DNA of 17,432 nucleotides from a virus (Duplodnaviria; Heunggongvirae; Uroviricota; Caudoviricetes): IMG/VR virus record IMGVR_UViG_3300011888_000045, positions 1 to 17,432 of that record; one strand, 5' to 3'. Shown piece by piece: positions 1 to 7,942 of this stretch (position 1 is its first letter; each line of letters starts with the position of its first letter). The notes under the pieces were generated by a model. It saw only the letters and a program-made list of their open reading frames with translations, ran no database searches and was not told where the DNA came from. The position numbers and the translations under genes were made by a program.

Positions 1-41
1 CAACACCGATTAAATGCTCTGGATAAGGATTATCCAATTCT

Positions 42-151
42 AAAAAAAAGCCCGGACGACTGTTCGGGCTTGTCTTTTTATATGTTGGAAAATCAGTGGC
101 AATGCAATGGCCCAACAGAAAATAAAATCTGTGACAATAAAGGCATATAAC
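42..151 (-). ncRNA. micC: MicC small regulatory RNA (Hfq-dependent, OmpC-repressing), with its own intrinsic terminator at the 3' end (about 42-70)
   Basis: Reverse complement of 42-151 reads GTTATATGCCTTTATTGTCACAGATTTTATTTTCTGTTGGGCCATTGCATTGCCACTGATTTTCCAACATATAAAAAGACAAGCCCGAACAGTCGTCCGGGC followed by a T-run, matching my recollection of E. coli MicC over its full length. It sits divergent from ompN, the known K-12 arrangement. Confidence 0.85.
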
Positions 152-378
152 CCGCGCAGAATAACGTATAGAAAATTAAAAGTATAATTTTTATTTTGTA
201 TGTATTATCTTCGATACATTCACCAGACTTATTATCATTTCAGAGGAATTATTTGATTAAGGTTTTACTTAAGGCGTAACAAATGATATTTATCGGCTAA
301 CTGAACTTCTCCTTTAGGATGTTTTCACTCCCCGAAATGGGGATAAAAGGCAAATAAAATAACTAAAGGATTTATTCA

Positions 379-1512
379 ATGAAAAGCAAAGTACTGGCAC
401 TTTTAATTCCTGCCCTGCTCGCCGCAGGTGCTGCACATGCAGCCGAAGTTTATAATAAAGACGGCAACAAATTAGATCTGTATGGCAAAGTTGATGGCCT
501 GCATTATTTTTCTGATAATTCGGCGAAAGATGGCGACCAGAGCTATGCGCGTCTGGGTTTTAAAGGCGAAACCCAAATTAACGATCAACTCACTGGCTAC
601 GGTCAATGGGAATACAATATTCAGGCAAACAACACTGAATCTTCAAAAAACCAGTCATGGACCCGTCTGGCATTTGCCGGGCTGAAATTTGCAGATTACG
701 GTTCTTTCGATTACGGACGTAATTATGGCGTAATGTACGACATCGAAGGCTGGACCGATATGCTGCCTGAATTTGGCGGTGACTCTTATACCAATGCAGA
801 CAACTTTATGACTGGTCGAGCCAATGGCGTCGCGACTTATCGTAATACTGATTTCTTCGGTCTGGTAAATGGTCTGAACTTCGCGGTGCAGTATCAAGGT
901 AACAACGAAGGTGCCAGTAATGGTCAGGAAGGCACCAACAACGGACGTGATGTTCGCCATGAAAACGGTGACGGCTGGGGTCTTTCCACAACATATGATT
1001 TAGGCATGGGCTTTAGCGCTGGTGCGGCATACACCTCTTCTGACCGCACCAATGATCAGGTTAACCATACTGCGGCGGGTGGTGATAAAGCAGACGCGTG
1101 GACTGCTGGGCTAAAATACGATGCTAACAATATTTACCTGGCAACCATGTATTCAGAAACGCGTAATATGACCCCGTTTGGCGACAGCGATTATGCTGTT
1201 GCAAACAAAACCCAGAACTTTGAAGTCACTGCACAGTACCAGTTTGATTTTGGTCTGCGTCCGGCAGTCTCTTTCCTGATGTCTAAAGGCCGTGACCTGC
1301 ACGCTGCCGGTGGTGCAGACAACCCGGCAGGTGTTGATGATAAAGATCTGGTTAAATACGCCGATGTTGGCGCGACTTACTATTTCAATAAAAACATGTC
1401 CACTTATGTTGACTATAAAATCAACCTGTTGGATGAAGATGACAGTTTCTACGCTGCCAATGGCATCTCTACCGATGATATTGTCGCTTTAGGTCTGGTT
1501 TATCAGTTCTAA
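379..1512 (+). CDS. ompN: Outer membrane general porin, OmpC/OmpF family (OmpN-like), 377 aa
   Basis: Signal peptide [21 protein letters not shown] followed by [27 protein letters not shown]-terminal aromatic residue (YQF). Length 377 aa and synteny with micC and uspF fit ompN. A GGA-type SD lies upstream of the ATG. Confidence 0.88.
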   Translation: MKSKVLALLIPALLAAGAAHAAEVYNKDGNKLDLYGKVDGLHYFSDNSAKDGDQSYARLGFKGETQINDQLTGYGQWEYNIQANNTESSKNQSWTRLAFAGLKFADYGSFDYGRNYGVMYDIEGWTDMLPEFGGDSYTNADNFMTGRANGVATYRNTDFFGLVNGLNFAVQYQGNNEGASNGQEGTNNGRDVRHENGDGWGLSTTYDLGMGFSAGAAYTSSDRTNDQVNHTAAGGDKADAWTAGLKYDANNIYLATMYSETRNMTPFGDSDYAVANKTQNFEVTAQYQFDFGLRPAVSFLMSKGRDLHAAGGADNPAGVDDKDLVKYADVGATYYFNKNMSTYVDYKINLLDEDDSFYAANGISTDDIVALGLVYQF

Positions 1513-1520
1513 ATCCTCCT

Positions 1521-1546
1521 GCCCGCTGTTATGGCGGGCTTTTTCT
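1521..1546 (+). terminator. Rho-independent terminator downstream of ompN
   Basis: GCCCGC (1521-1526) / GCGGGC (1534-1539) stem with a 7-nt loop, followed by TTTTTCT. Confidence 0.6.
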
Positions 1547-1571
1547 GCTTATTCTTCCTCCTTTGATCTAA

Positions 1572-2087
<516 letters not shown>

Positions 2088-2094
2088 CACTAAC

Positions 2095-2120
2095 GCCCGC
2101 ACATTGCTGCGGGCTTTTTG
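2095..2120 (+). terminator. Rho-independent terminator downstream of uspF
   Basis: GCCCGCA (2095-2101) / TGCGGGC (2108-2114) stem, 6-nt loop, followed by TTTTT. Confidence 0.6.
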
Positions 2121-2262
2121 ATTCATTTCGCAAATGTGCTGACATTTTCCCCTCTAATCCGTACCATACACGCCACAGTTTTTATATCAGATTTCTTATG
2201 CTGGGCGTTCCGGCATGACGCATACTCTTCTGATGCCATATAACGAATTGAGTCGCTTTTAA

Positions 2263-2316
2263 ATGTCGCAAAATCAAGAAATTAGTAAGAAAGAACAATA
2301 CAACCTGAACAAGTAA
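2263..2316 (+). pseudogene. ttcC: 5' remnant of ttcA (tRNA 2-thiocytidine synthase), ttcC-like; marks the prophage attachment junction
   Basis: Translates MSQNQEISKKEQYNLNK then stop. My recollection of the TtcA N-terminus is MQENQQITKKEQYNLNKLQKRL, giving 12 of 17 identities before similarity ends. In K-12 the Rac prophage is integrated in ttcA and leaves the ttcC fragment next to uspF. Confidence 0.55.
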
Positions 2317-2410
2317 GGGCAAAAATCACAACTCTCTGACTCATAAGTATTTTACTTATTTTTCAATGTGTTAAATATCATCAGCGACAACAATAAGCTA
2401 CGATAACCCA

Positions 2411-2465
2411 CTCTTTTTTTGCCCCTTTTTTGCCCCTTTTGCAGCGCTTTGCCCCATTTTTGCCA
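2411..2465 (+). repeat. Helically phased T-tract/GCCCC direct repeats (about 5 units, 10-11 bp period)
   Basis: CTCTTTTTTTGCCCCTTTTTTGCCCCTTTTGCAGCGCTTTGCCCCATTTTTGCC; GCCCC at 2421, 2432 and 2451 with T-runs between. Confidence 0.5.
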
Positions 2466-2576
2466 TCAACAATTTTCCTCATCAAGTCATTTCAAAGCCT
2501 AATAGGTGCCCTACTTTTTTCCTCAGTACCACGTCGCCAGCAGGAAACAACCTAATCCCGGTTCGGATCTAAAATT

Positions 2577-2595
2577 GCTAATGATAATCATTTTC
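2577..2595 (+). promoter_or_regulatory. Fur box upstream of sitA
   Basis: GCTAATGATAATCATTTTC matches the 19-bp Fur consensus GATAATGATAATCATTATC at 17 of 19 positions. Confidence 0.6.
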
Positions 2596-2617
2596 ATTTT
2601 GTATTGCTTATGCTATA

Positions 2618-2639
2618 AAACATAGCCGTTGCTATGTTT
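2618..2639 (+). promoter_or_regulatory. MntR operator (perfect inverted repeat) upstream of sitA
   Basis: AAACATAGC-cgtt-GCTATGTTT is a perfect palindrome matching the MntR box known from mntH and sitA promoters. It lies 33 bp upstream of the sitA ATG. Confidence 0.7.
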
Positions 2640-2671
2640 GTTCTAATTTTGCTCACTATAGGTACTAAATT

Positions 2672-3586
2672 ATGTACTCAATAAAAAAAGTAACCATGCT
2701 CTTGGGGTGCCTCGCCCTCACCTGCTCGATCGCATTTCAGGCGAGTGCAACTGAAAAATTCAAGGTCATTACAACATTTACCATCATCGCAGATATGGCC
2801 AAAAACGTGGCTGGAGATGCTGCAGAAGTCTCATCCATAACCAAGCCCGGTGCAGAAATTCATGAGTATCAGCCTACCCCTGGCGATATTAAACGTGCGC
2901 AGGAGGCACAACTGATTCTCGCCAATGGTATGAATCTGGAATTGTGGTTCCAACGCTTTTACCAGCATCTTAATGGGGTTCCAGAAGTAATTGTCTCTTC
3001 GGGTGTGACGCCAGTAGGGATCACTGAAGGCCCCTATGAGGGCAAACCTAACCCCCATGCCTGGATGTCGCCAGATAATGCTCTGATTTACGTCGATAAT
3101 ATTCGTGATGCGTTGATAAAATACGATCCGGCAAATGCACAAACCTACCAACGTAATGCCGATACTTATAAAGCCAAGATTACCCAAACCCTTGCCCCCC
3201 TGCGTAAGCAGATTGCTGAACTCCCTGAGAATCAGCGATGGATGGTCACCAGTGAAGGGGCTTTTTCTTATCTCGCACGCGATTTGGGGCTAAAAGAGCT
3301 TTATCTGTGGCCGATTAATGCCGATCAACAAGGCACGCCGCAGCAGGTACGTAAGGTTGTTGATATGGTGAAGAAAAATCATATCCCGGCAGTCTTTAGC
3401 GAGAGTACGATTTCCGATAAACCAGCGCGTCAGGTTGCGCGTGAAACCGGCGCGCACTACGGCGGTGTACTCTATGTCGATTCCCTGAGCACAGAAAACG
3501 GCCCGGTACCTACGTATATCGACCTTCTGAAGGTTACTACCAGTACGCTGGTACAGGGAATTAAAGCCGGGAAAAGGGAGAAATAA
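2672..3586 (+). CDS. sitA: Mn2+/Fe2+ ABC transporter periplasmic substrate-binding protein (SitA/YfeA family), 304 aa
   Basis: Signal peptide, then [21 protein letters not shown]...[15 protein letters not shown]...NPHAWMSP...[14 protein letters not shown]...[21 protein letters not shown], closely resembling Yersinia YfeA as I recall it. Stop overlaps the sitB start (TAATG). Confidence 0.9.
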   Translation: MYSIKKVTMLLGCLALTCSIAFQASATEKFKVITTFTIIADMAKNVAGDAAEVSSITKPGAEIHEYQPTPGDIKRAQEAQLILANGMNLELWFQRFYQHLNGVPEVIVSSGVTPVGITEGPYEGKPNPHAWMSPDNALIYVDNIRDALIKYDPANAQTYQRNADTYKAKITQTLAPLRKQIAELPENQRWMVTSEGAFSYLARDLGLKELYLWPINADQQGTPQQVRKVVDMVKKNHIPAVFSESTISDKPARQVARETGAHYGGVLYVDSLSTENGPVPTYIDLLKVTTSTLVQGIKAGKREK

Positions 3587-4402
3587 TGATGCAATCTGCG
3601 GGCATTGTCGTTAATGATGTTACTGTCACCTGGCGTAACGGGCACACAGCACTGCGCGATGCATCCTTCACAGTACCAAGTGGATCTATTGCCGCTCTGG
3701 TTGGGGTAAACGGTTCCGGAAAATCGACGTTGTTTAAAGCGATTATGGGATTTGTGCGTCTGACCAGCGGAAAGATATCTGTTCTGGGTATTCCCACGCG
3801 ACAGGCGCTACAGAAAAACCTGGTTGCCTACGTCCCTCAGTCAGAAGAGGTTGACTGGTCATTTCCTGTACTAGTGGAAGATGTGGTAATGATGGGCCGC
3901 TATGGGCACATGGGTATGTTGCGTATAGCCAAAAAGAGGGATCGTCAGATTGTCACCGATGCGCTGGAACGTGTCGATATGGTGGATTTTCGCCATCGAC
4001 AAATCGGCGAGCTTTCCGGTGGACAAAAGAAACGCGTCTTTCTGGCGAGAGCGATTGCACAGCAGGGTGATGTGATCCTGCTGGATGAACCTTTTACCGG
4101 CGTTGATGTGAAAACCGAAGCGAAAATCATCAGCCTGTTGAGGGAGTTACGCGCGGAAGGCAAGACGATGCTTGTCTCAACGCACAATCTCGGCTCAGTC
4201 ACGACATTNNNNNNNNNNCAAAGGCACCGTCCTGGCAAGCGGGCCGACAGACACCACTTTTACAGCCGAGAACCTGGAGCTGGCTTTTAGCGGCGTACTG
4301 CGCCATGTCACACTTAACGCCTCGGAAGAAAGCATTATTACTGACGATGAACACCCTTTTGTGGCACATCGACCGTCAGCGTTGCAGAGGGAAGCAAGAT
4401 GA
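3586..4402 (+). CDS. sitB: Mn2+/Fe2+ ABC transporter ATP-binding protein (SitB/YfeB family); reading frame interrupted by the N run at 4209-4218
   Basis: Walker [13 protein letters not shown] signature LSGGQKKR, Walker B ILLDEP; AGGGAG SD upstream. Upstream of the Ns the protein is in frame 1 (3586..4208); downstream it continues in frame 2 ([30 protein letters not shown]...) to the stop at 4400-4402, which overlaps the sitC ATG. Confidence 0.82.
4209..4218. other. Run of 10 N (gap or masked bases) inside sitB
   Basis: Literal nnnnnnnnnn in the sequence; the flanking coding frames differ, so the true length is not 10. Confidence 0.95.
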
Positions 4403-5256
4403 ACGTGCTACTGGAACCCTTCAGCTATGAATATATGCTCAATGCGATGTGGGTCTCGGCGATGGTCGGCGGTCTCTGCGCTTTCCTGTCATGCTATCTG
4501 ATGCTAAAAGGCTGGTCGCTGATTGGCGATGCGCTGTCGCACTCTATTGTCCCGGGTGTTGCGGGGGCATATATGCTGGGGCTTCCGTTTTCTCTGGGAG
4601 CCTTCTTTTCCGGCGGACTGGCAGCGGGCAGCATGCTGTTTCTTAACCAACGCACTCGCTTAAAAGAAGATGCCATCATCGGCCTGATCTTCTCCTCCTT
4701 TTTTGGCCTGGGGCTGTTTATGGTGTCATTGAACCCGACATCCGTGAACATTCAGACCATCGTCCTAGGCAATATTCTGGCAATCGATCCGGCGGATATC
4801 CTGCAACTCACTATCATTGGCATTCTCTCGATCATCGTGCTTTTTTTCAAATGGAAAGATCTTATGGTGACCTTTTTCGACGAGAATCACGCCCGTGCTA
4901 TTGGATTGCATCCGGGCAGATTAAAAATCCTCTTCTTCACCCTGCTGTCGGTTTCGACCGTTGCGGCGCTGCAAACGGTTGGTGCCTTTCTGGTGATCTG
5001 TCTGGTGGTGACTCCCGGTGCAACAGCATGGTTGTTAACCGATCGTTTTCCCCGCCTGCTCATAATTGCTGTAACTATTGGCAGTGTAACCAGTTTCCTC
5101 GGCGCGTGGGTCAGTTACTTTCTGGACGGCGCGACAGGTGGAATCATCGTGGTGGCGCAGACACTGCTGTTTCTTTTAGCATTTGTATTTGCGCCCACCC
5201 ATGGGCTTTTGGCAAATCGTCGGCGTGCGCATAAAGCGCTGGAGGATCGCTCATGA
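4399..5256 (+). CDS. sitC: Mn2+/Fe2+ ABC transporter permease (SitC/YfeC family), 285 aa
   Basis: Polytopic membrane protein with ATGA start/stop overlaps to both sitB and sitD, placed in the canonical sitABCD order. Confidence 0.88.
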   Translation: MNVLLEPFSYEYMLNAMWVSAMVGGLCAFLSCYLMLKGWSLIGDALSHSIVPGVAGAYMLGLPFSLGAFFSGGLAAGSMLFLNQRTRLKEDAIIGLIFSSFFGLGLFMVSLNPTSVNIQTIVLGNILAIDPADILQLTIIGILSIIVLFFKWKDLMVTFFDENHARAIGLHPGRLKILFFTLLSVSTVAALQTVGAFLVICLVVTPGATAWLLTDRFPRLLIIAVTIGSVTSFLGAWVSYFLDGATGGIIVVAQTLLFLLAFVFAPTHGLLANRRRAHKALEDRS

Positions 5257-6110
5257 TGGCATTATTACTGGAGCCACTGCAGTTCACCTTTATGAGTCAC
5301 GCACTGCTGATTTCACTGGTAGTTTCCATACCCTGTGCGCTGCTGTCGGTCTTTCTGGTCCTGAAAGGTTGGGCACTGATGGGTGACGCGATGAGTCATG
5401 CGGTTTTTCCTGGCATCGTGCTTGCCTGGATTCTGGGGTTACCTCTGGCTACAGGGGCATTTATCGCCGGAGTATTCTGCGCGGTGGCGACGGGATACCT
5501 GAAAGACAACAGCCGAATCAAGCAAGATACAGTGATGGGGATTGTTTTTTCTGGCATGTTTGCCGCAGGTCTGATCTTGTATATTGCAGTCAAACCAGAC
5601 ATACATCTTGACCATATTCTTTTCGGCGACATGCTCGGGGTAACCATCGGCGATATAATCCAGACGATGATTATTGCCGGGCTGGTTACACTTGTTATTA
5701 GCGTAAAATGGCGGGATTTTTTGCTGTTCAGCTTTGATTATCAACAGGCGCAGGTAAGCGGTTTGCATACGCGATGGCTGCATTATGGGCTGCTGTGCAT
5801 GGTTTCCCTGACCATTGTGGCGACGCTGAAAGCAGTAGGTATCATTCTCTCCATTTCTCTGCTCATTGCGCCTGGCGCCATTGCGGTACTCCTGACACAA
5901 CGCTTTCATATTGCACTCCTACTGGCGACTGGCATATCGGTAATAGTCTCAATGACTGGTGTTTGGCTGTCCTTTTTTATCGACAGCGCACCAGCTCCGA
6001 CGATTGTCGTCTTATTCGCGGTTGTGTTCATCATGACGTTTACCGTTATCAGTTTCAACGCACGCACAAAGGGAAACGCTCATAGACAGGATCTGTTATC
6101 CCCCAATTAG
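5253..6110 (+). CDS. sitD: Mn2+/Fe2+ ABC transporter permease (SitD/YfeD family), 285 aa
   Basis: Paralogous to sitC (shared LKGW-LMGDA-SH motif near the N-terminus); ATGA overlap with sitC. Confidence 0.88.
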   Translation: MMALLLEPLQFTFMSHALLISLVVSIPCALLSVFLVLKGWALMGDAMSHAVFPGIVLAWILGLPLATGAFIAGVFCAVATGYLKDNSRIKQDTVMGIVFSGMFAAGLILYIAVKPDIHLDHILFGDMLGVTIGDIIQTMIIAGLVTLVISVKWRDFLLFSFDYQQAQVSGLHTRWLHYGLLCMVSLTIVATLKAVGIILSISLLIAPGAIAVLLTQRFHIALLLATGISVIVSMTGVWLSFFIDSAPAPTIVVLFAVVFIMTFTVISFNARTKGNAHRQDLLSPN

Positions 6111-6146
6111 CACAACATCCGAGGGCAGCATTGTCCGCTAGTACAC

Positions 6147-6156
6147 NNNNNNNNNN
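6147..6156. other. Run of 10 N (gap or masked bases) in the sitD-downstream intergenic region
   Basis: Literal N run, flanked on both sides by the same heptamer AGTACAC. Confidence 0.95.
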
Positions 6157-6287
6157 AGTACACTGCAGTCCAGAAAGTCATGGGCGGACGTTGGGAGGAG
6201 GTGCAAATCCTCCCATACAAAAAATATATAAAATCAATAATGGATTGAAATTATTCAATACTCTCACCATCGACACTTCACCAGCGA

Positions 6288-6330
6288 ACCGCAGCACGTT
6301 TTTGCATAAGGCGTGTCTGCGGTTTTCTTT
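6288..6330 (+). terminator. Candidate intrinsic terminator for the sit operon
   Basis: CCGCAGCACG (6288-6297) pairs with CGTGtCTGCGG (6311-6321, one bulge) around a 13-nt loop, followed by TTTTCTTT. The loop is larger than typical. Confidence 0.3.
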
Positions 6331-6481
6331 ATGATTTATGCACAATGGACAATTTGAAATTATTGATGATTGTATGGTGCATCGTTTTCTGAACCTACAC
6401 TGATTTTTTGGTATAGCCTTGCCTAGCCAGTCTTACCGAATCAAACCCTTCGCTATTGCAATACTAACCAAAATCATCAAT

Positions 6482-6510
6482 TTGACAGCGATTAACCAGA
6501 ATAATAGTAT
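6482..6510 (+). promoter_or_regulatory. Candidate sigma70 promoter for the small-ORF/GGDEF module
   Basis: Perfect -35 TTGACA (6482-6487), 17-bp spacer, -10-like TAGTAT (6505-6510), about 70 bp upstream of the small-ORF ATG in an AT-rich region. Confidence 0.3.
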
Positions 6511-6582
6511 ACTATCACCAGTAAGAAATTATCGTTATTTGTAGCGATACATATTATATATATATCATTCTCAGGTGCGTAC

Positions 6583-6741
6583 ATGATTATCAACCAGGTA
6601 CCTATAAAAATAAAAATCTTCATCTTTTTATTTTCATGCATCTCTATTATATTTTTGTTACTGCATGAAAATAATGGAATATACATAACACAAACAACAC
6701 AAATAAGTTATAGTGTTTTCATTATTGGGCTTTTTTCATAA
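6583..6741 (+). CDS. Hypothetical 52-aa hydrophobic small protein immediately upstream of the GGDEF gene
   Basis: ATG at 6583 with SD AGGTG (6573-6577) 5 nt upstream; translates MIINQVPIKIKIFIFLFSCISIIFLLLHENNGIYITQTTQISYSVFIIGLFS, with at least one predicted TM segment. Stop TAA at 6739-6741 lies 5 nt before the GGDEF ATG. Not in the supplied ORF track (below its length cutoff). Confidence 0.35.
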   Translation: MIINQVPIKIKIFIFLFSCISIIFLLLHENNGIYITQTTQISYSVFIIGLFS

Positions 6742-6746
6742 ACCTG

Positions 6747-7913
6747 ATGATTTTTATTTTTCTATTGCTTTACTATGTTTCTAATCAGAGACAAAGTTAT
6801 CTCTTAATTCTTTCATTCGCGTTTTTGAGCAACACGTATTATTTATTAGAAGTGGCTATTATTTCTTTATCTCCGTTAGGTAACGATTTATCTACAATCT
6901 ATCAGAAATCAAATGATATCGCAATATATTATCTATTCCGTCAGTTCAGCTTTATATCTATAATCTTTCTGGCTGTTTATTCCACCAATGTTAAAAATAA
7001 AAGTGTTTTAGAAGATAAAAGAAACATAATAATTGTTGTTTTGTCAATATTAATTCTTTTTATTACTCCGTTTGTAGCAAAAAATCTAAGCAGTGACAAT
7101 ATAAAATATAGTCTTAATATTATACAATACTCGCTGAATCGTCATTTGTCGACGTGGAATATCGTGTACACCAAAATAATATCAGTATTTTGGCTTGTAT
7201 TACTTATCAGCTCATGCATCAGCATACGTAATTACTCAAAAATATGGTTGTGTATAATACTTATTAGTATAGTGTCAGTATGCAATAATCTAATTTTATT
7301 GTATTTTATTGATAAATCCCATCCTGCATGGTACATGACAAAATTTCTTGAATTGATATCAATGATTTATATCATTTCAACACTCATGTATTATGTTTTC
7401 AGGAAATTAAATCATGCTAATCATATGGCAATTCATGATCCACTAACGAATACATACAATAGAAGATACTTTATTGACTCATTGAAGAATATATCAAAAC
7501 ACCATGATTTCTCAGTAATAATGTTAGATATTGACAGTTTCAAAAGCATCAATGACAAATGGGGGCATCATATGGGTGATCAAGTCATAGTAATGGTTAC
7601 CAGAATAATAAAAAAATCCATCAGGAAAGAGGATATGTTAGGGCGCTTAGGCGGTGAGGAGTTCGGTATTATCATTAAAGGTAATACTCAAAAGCTCTTG
7701 CTATCAATTGCAGAGCGAATCAGAAAAAACATTGAAGAGCAATGCTCGGAAAAATTATTATCGCATGGACCTGAGAAAATAACTGTCAGTATTGGTTGCT
7801 TTACTTCAAAAGAGAATAATCTCAGTCCATCTGAAATGTTAGTCAATGCCGATAAAGCGTTATATCAAGCCAAAAGAACCGGAAAAAACAAGGTGATAAT
7901 TCACTCAAAATAA
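6747..7913 (+). CDS. Membrane-anchored diguanylate cyclase: N-terminal domain with about 6-7 TM segments (MASE-like) plus C-terminal GGDEF domain, 388 aa
   Basis: C-terminal domain carries DPLTNTYNRRYF, the I-site RKED five residues before the active-site GGEEF, and ADKALYQAKRTGKN. The N-terminal 220 aa are strongly hydrophobic. The gene is very AT-rich compared with its neighbours and has no obvious SD. Confidence 0.85.
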   Translation: MIFIFLLLYYVSNQRQSYLLILSFAFLSNTYYLLEVAIISLSPLGNDLSTIYQKSNDIAIYYLFRQFSFISIIFLAVYSTNVKNKSVLEDKRNIIIVVLSILILFITPFVAKNLSSDNIKYSLNIIQYSLNRHLSTWNIVYTKIISVFWLVLLISSCISIRNYSKIWLCIILISIVSVCNNLILLYFIDKSHPAWYMTKFLELISMIYIISTLMYYVFRKLNHANHMAIHDPLTNTYNRRYFIDSLKNISKHHDFSVIMLDIDSFKSINDKWGHHMGDQVIVMVTRIIKKSIRKEDMLGRLGGEEFGIIIKGNTQKLLLSIAERIRKNIEEQCSEKLLSHGPEKITVSIGCFTSKENNLSPSEMLVNADKALYQAKRTGKNKVIIHSK

Positions 7914-7942
7914 ACACCTTTTTAAAATACAGCCCCAATAAA

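Noticed and set aside
482-994. ORFs of 67, 101 and 62 aa overlapping ompN on both strands
   Set aside because: They are fully nested in a well-supported porin gene, have no SD and no recognisable motifs; they are frame artefacts.
1292-1492. 66-aa plus-strand ORF inside the ompN 3' region
   Set aside because: Alternative frame of ompN with no independent support.
2831-4238. Antisense and alternative-frame ORFs (118, 78 and 97 aa) within sitA and sitB
   Set aside because: Nested in conserved transporter genes; one spans the N run and is translated through unknown bases.
4985-5000. Possible Chi site near TCTGGTGG in sitC
   Set aside because: The octamer is TCTGGTGG, not GCTGGTGG; it is not a Chi site.
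4449-6085. Several 65-156 aa overlapping ORFs on both strands within sitC and sitD
   Set aside because: The SitC/SitD permease frames explain the region (polytopic proteins with start/stop coupling); the others are GC-driven open frames.
6192-6215. Hairpin TGGGAGGA / TCCTCCCA downstream of sitD
   Set aside because: No U-tract follows on either strand, so it is not a convincing intrinsic terminator; the 6288-6330 structure is a better candidate.
6131-6334. 67-aa plus-strand ORF spanning the N run
   Set aside because: The translation crosses undefined bases (XXXX), has no SD and sits in a low-complexity intergenic region.
6492-6686. 64-aa minus-strand ORF in the AT-rich region upstream of the DGC
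   Set aside because: No SD and opposite to the local transcription unit; it overlaps the plus-strand small ORF, which has a proper SD and is co-directional with the DGC.
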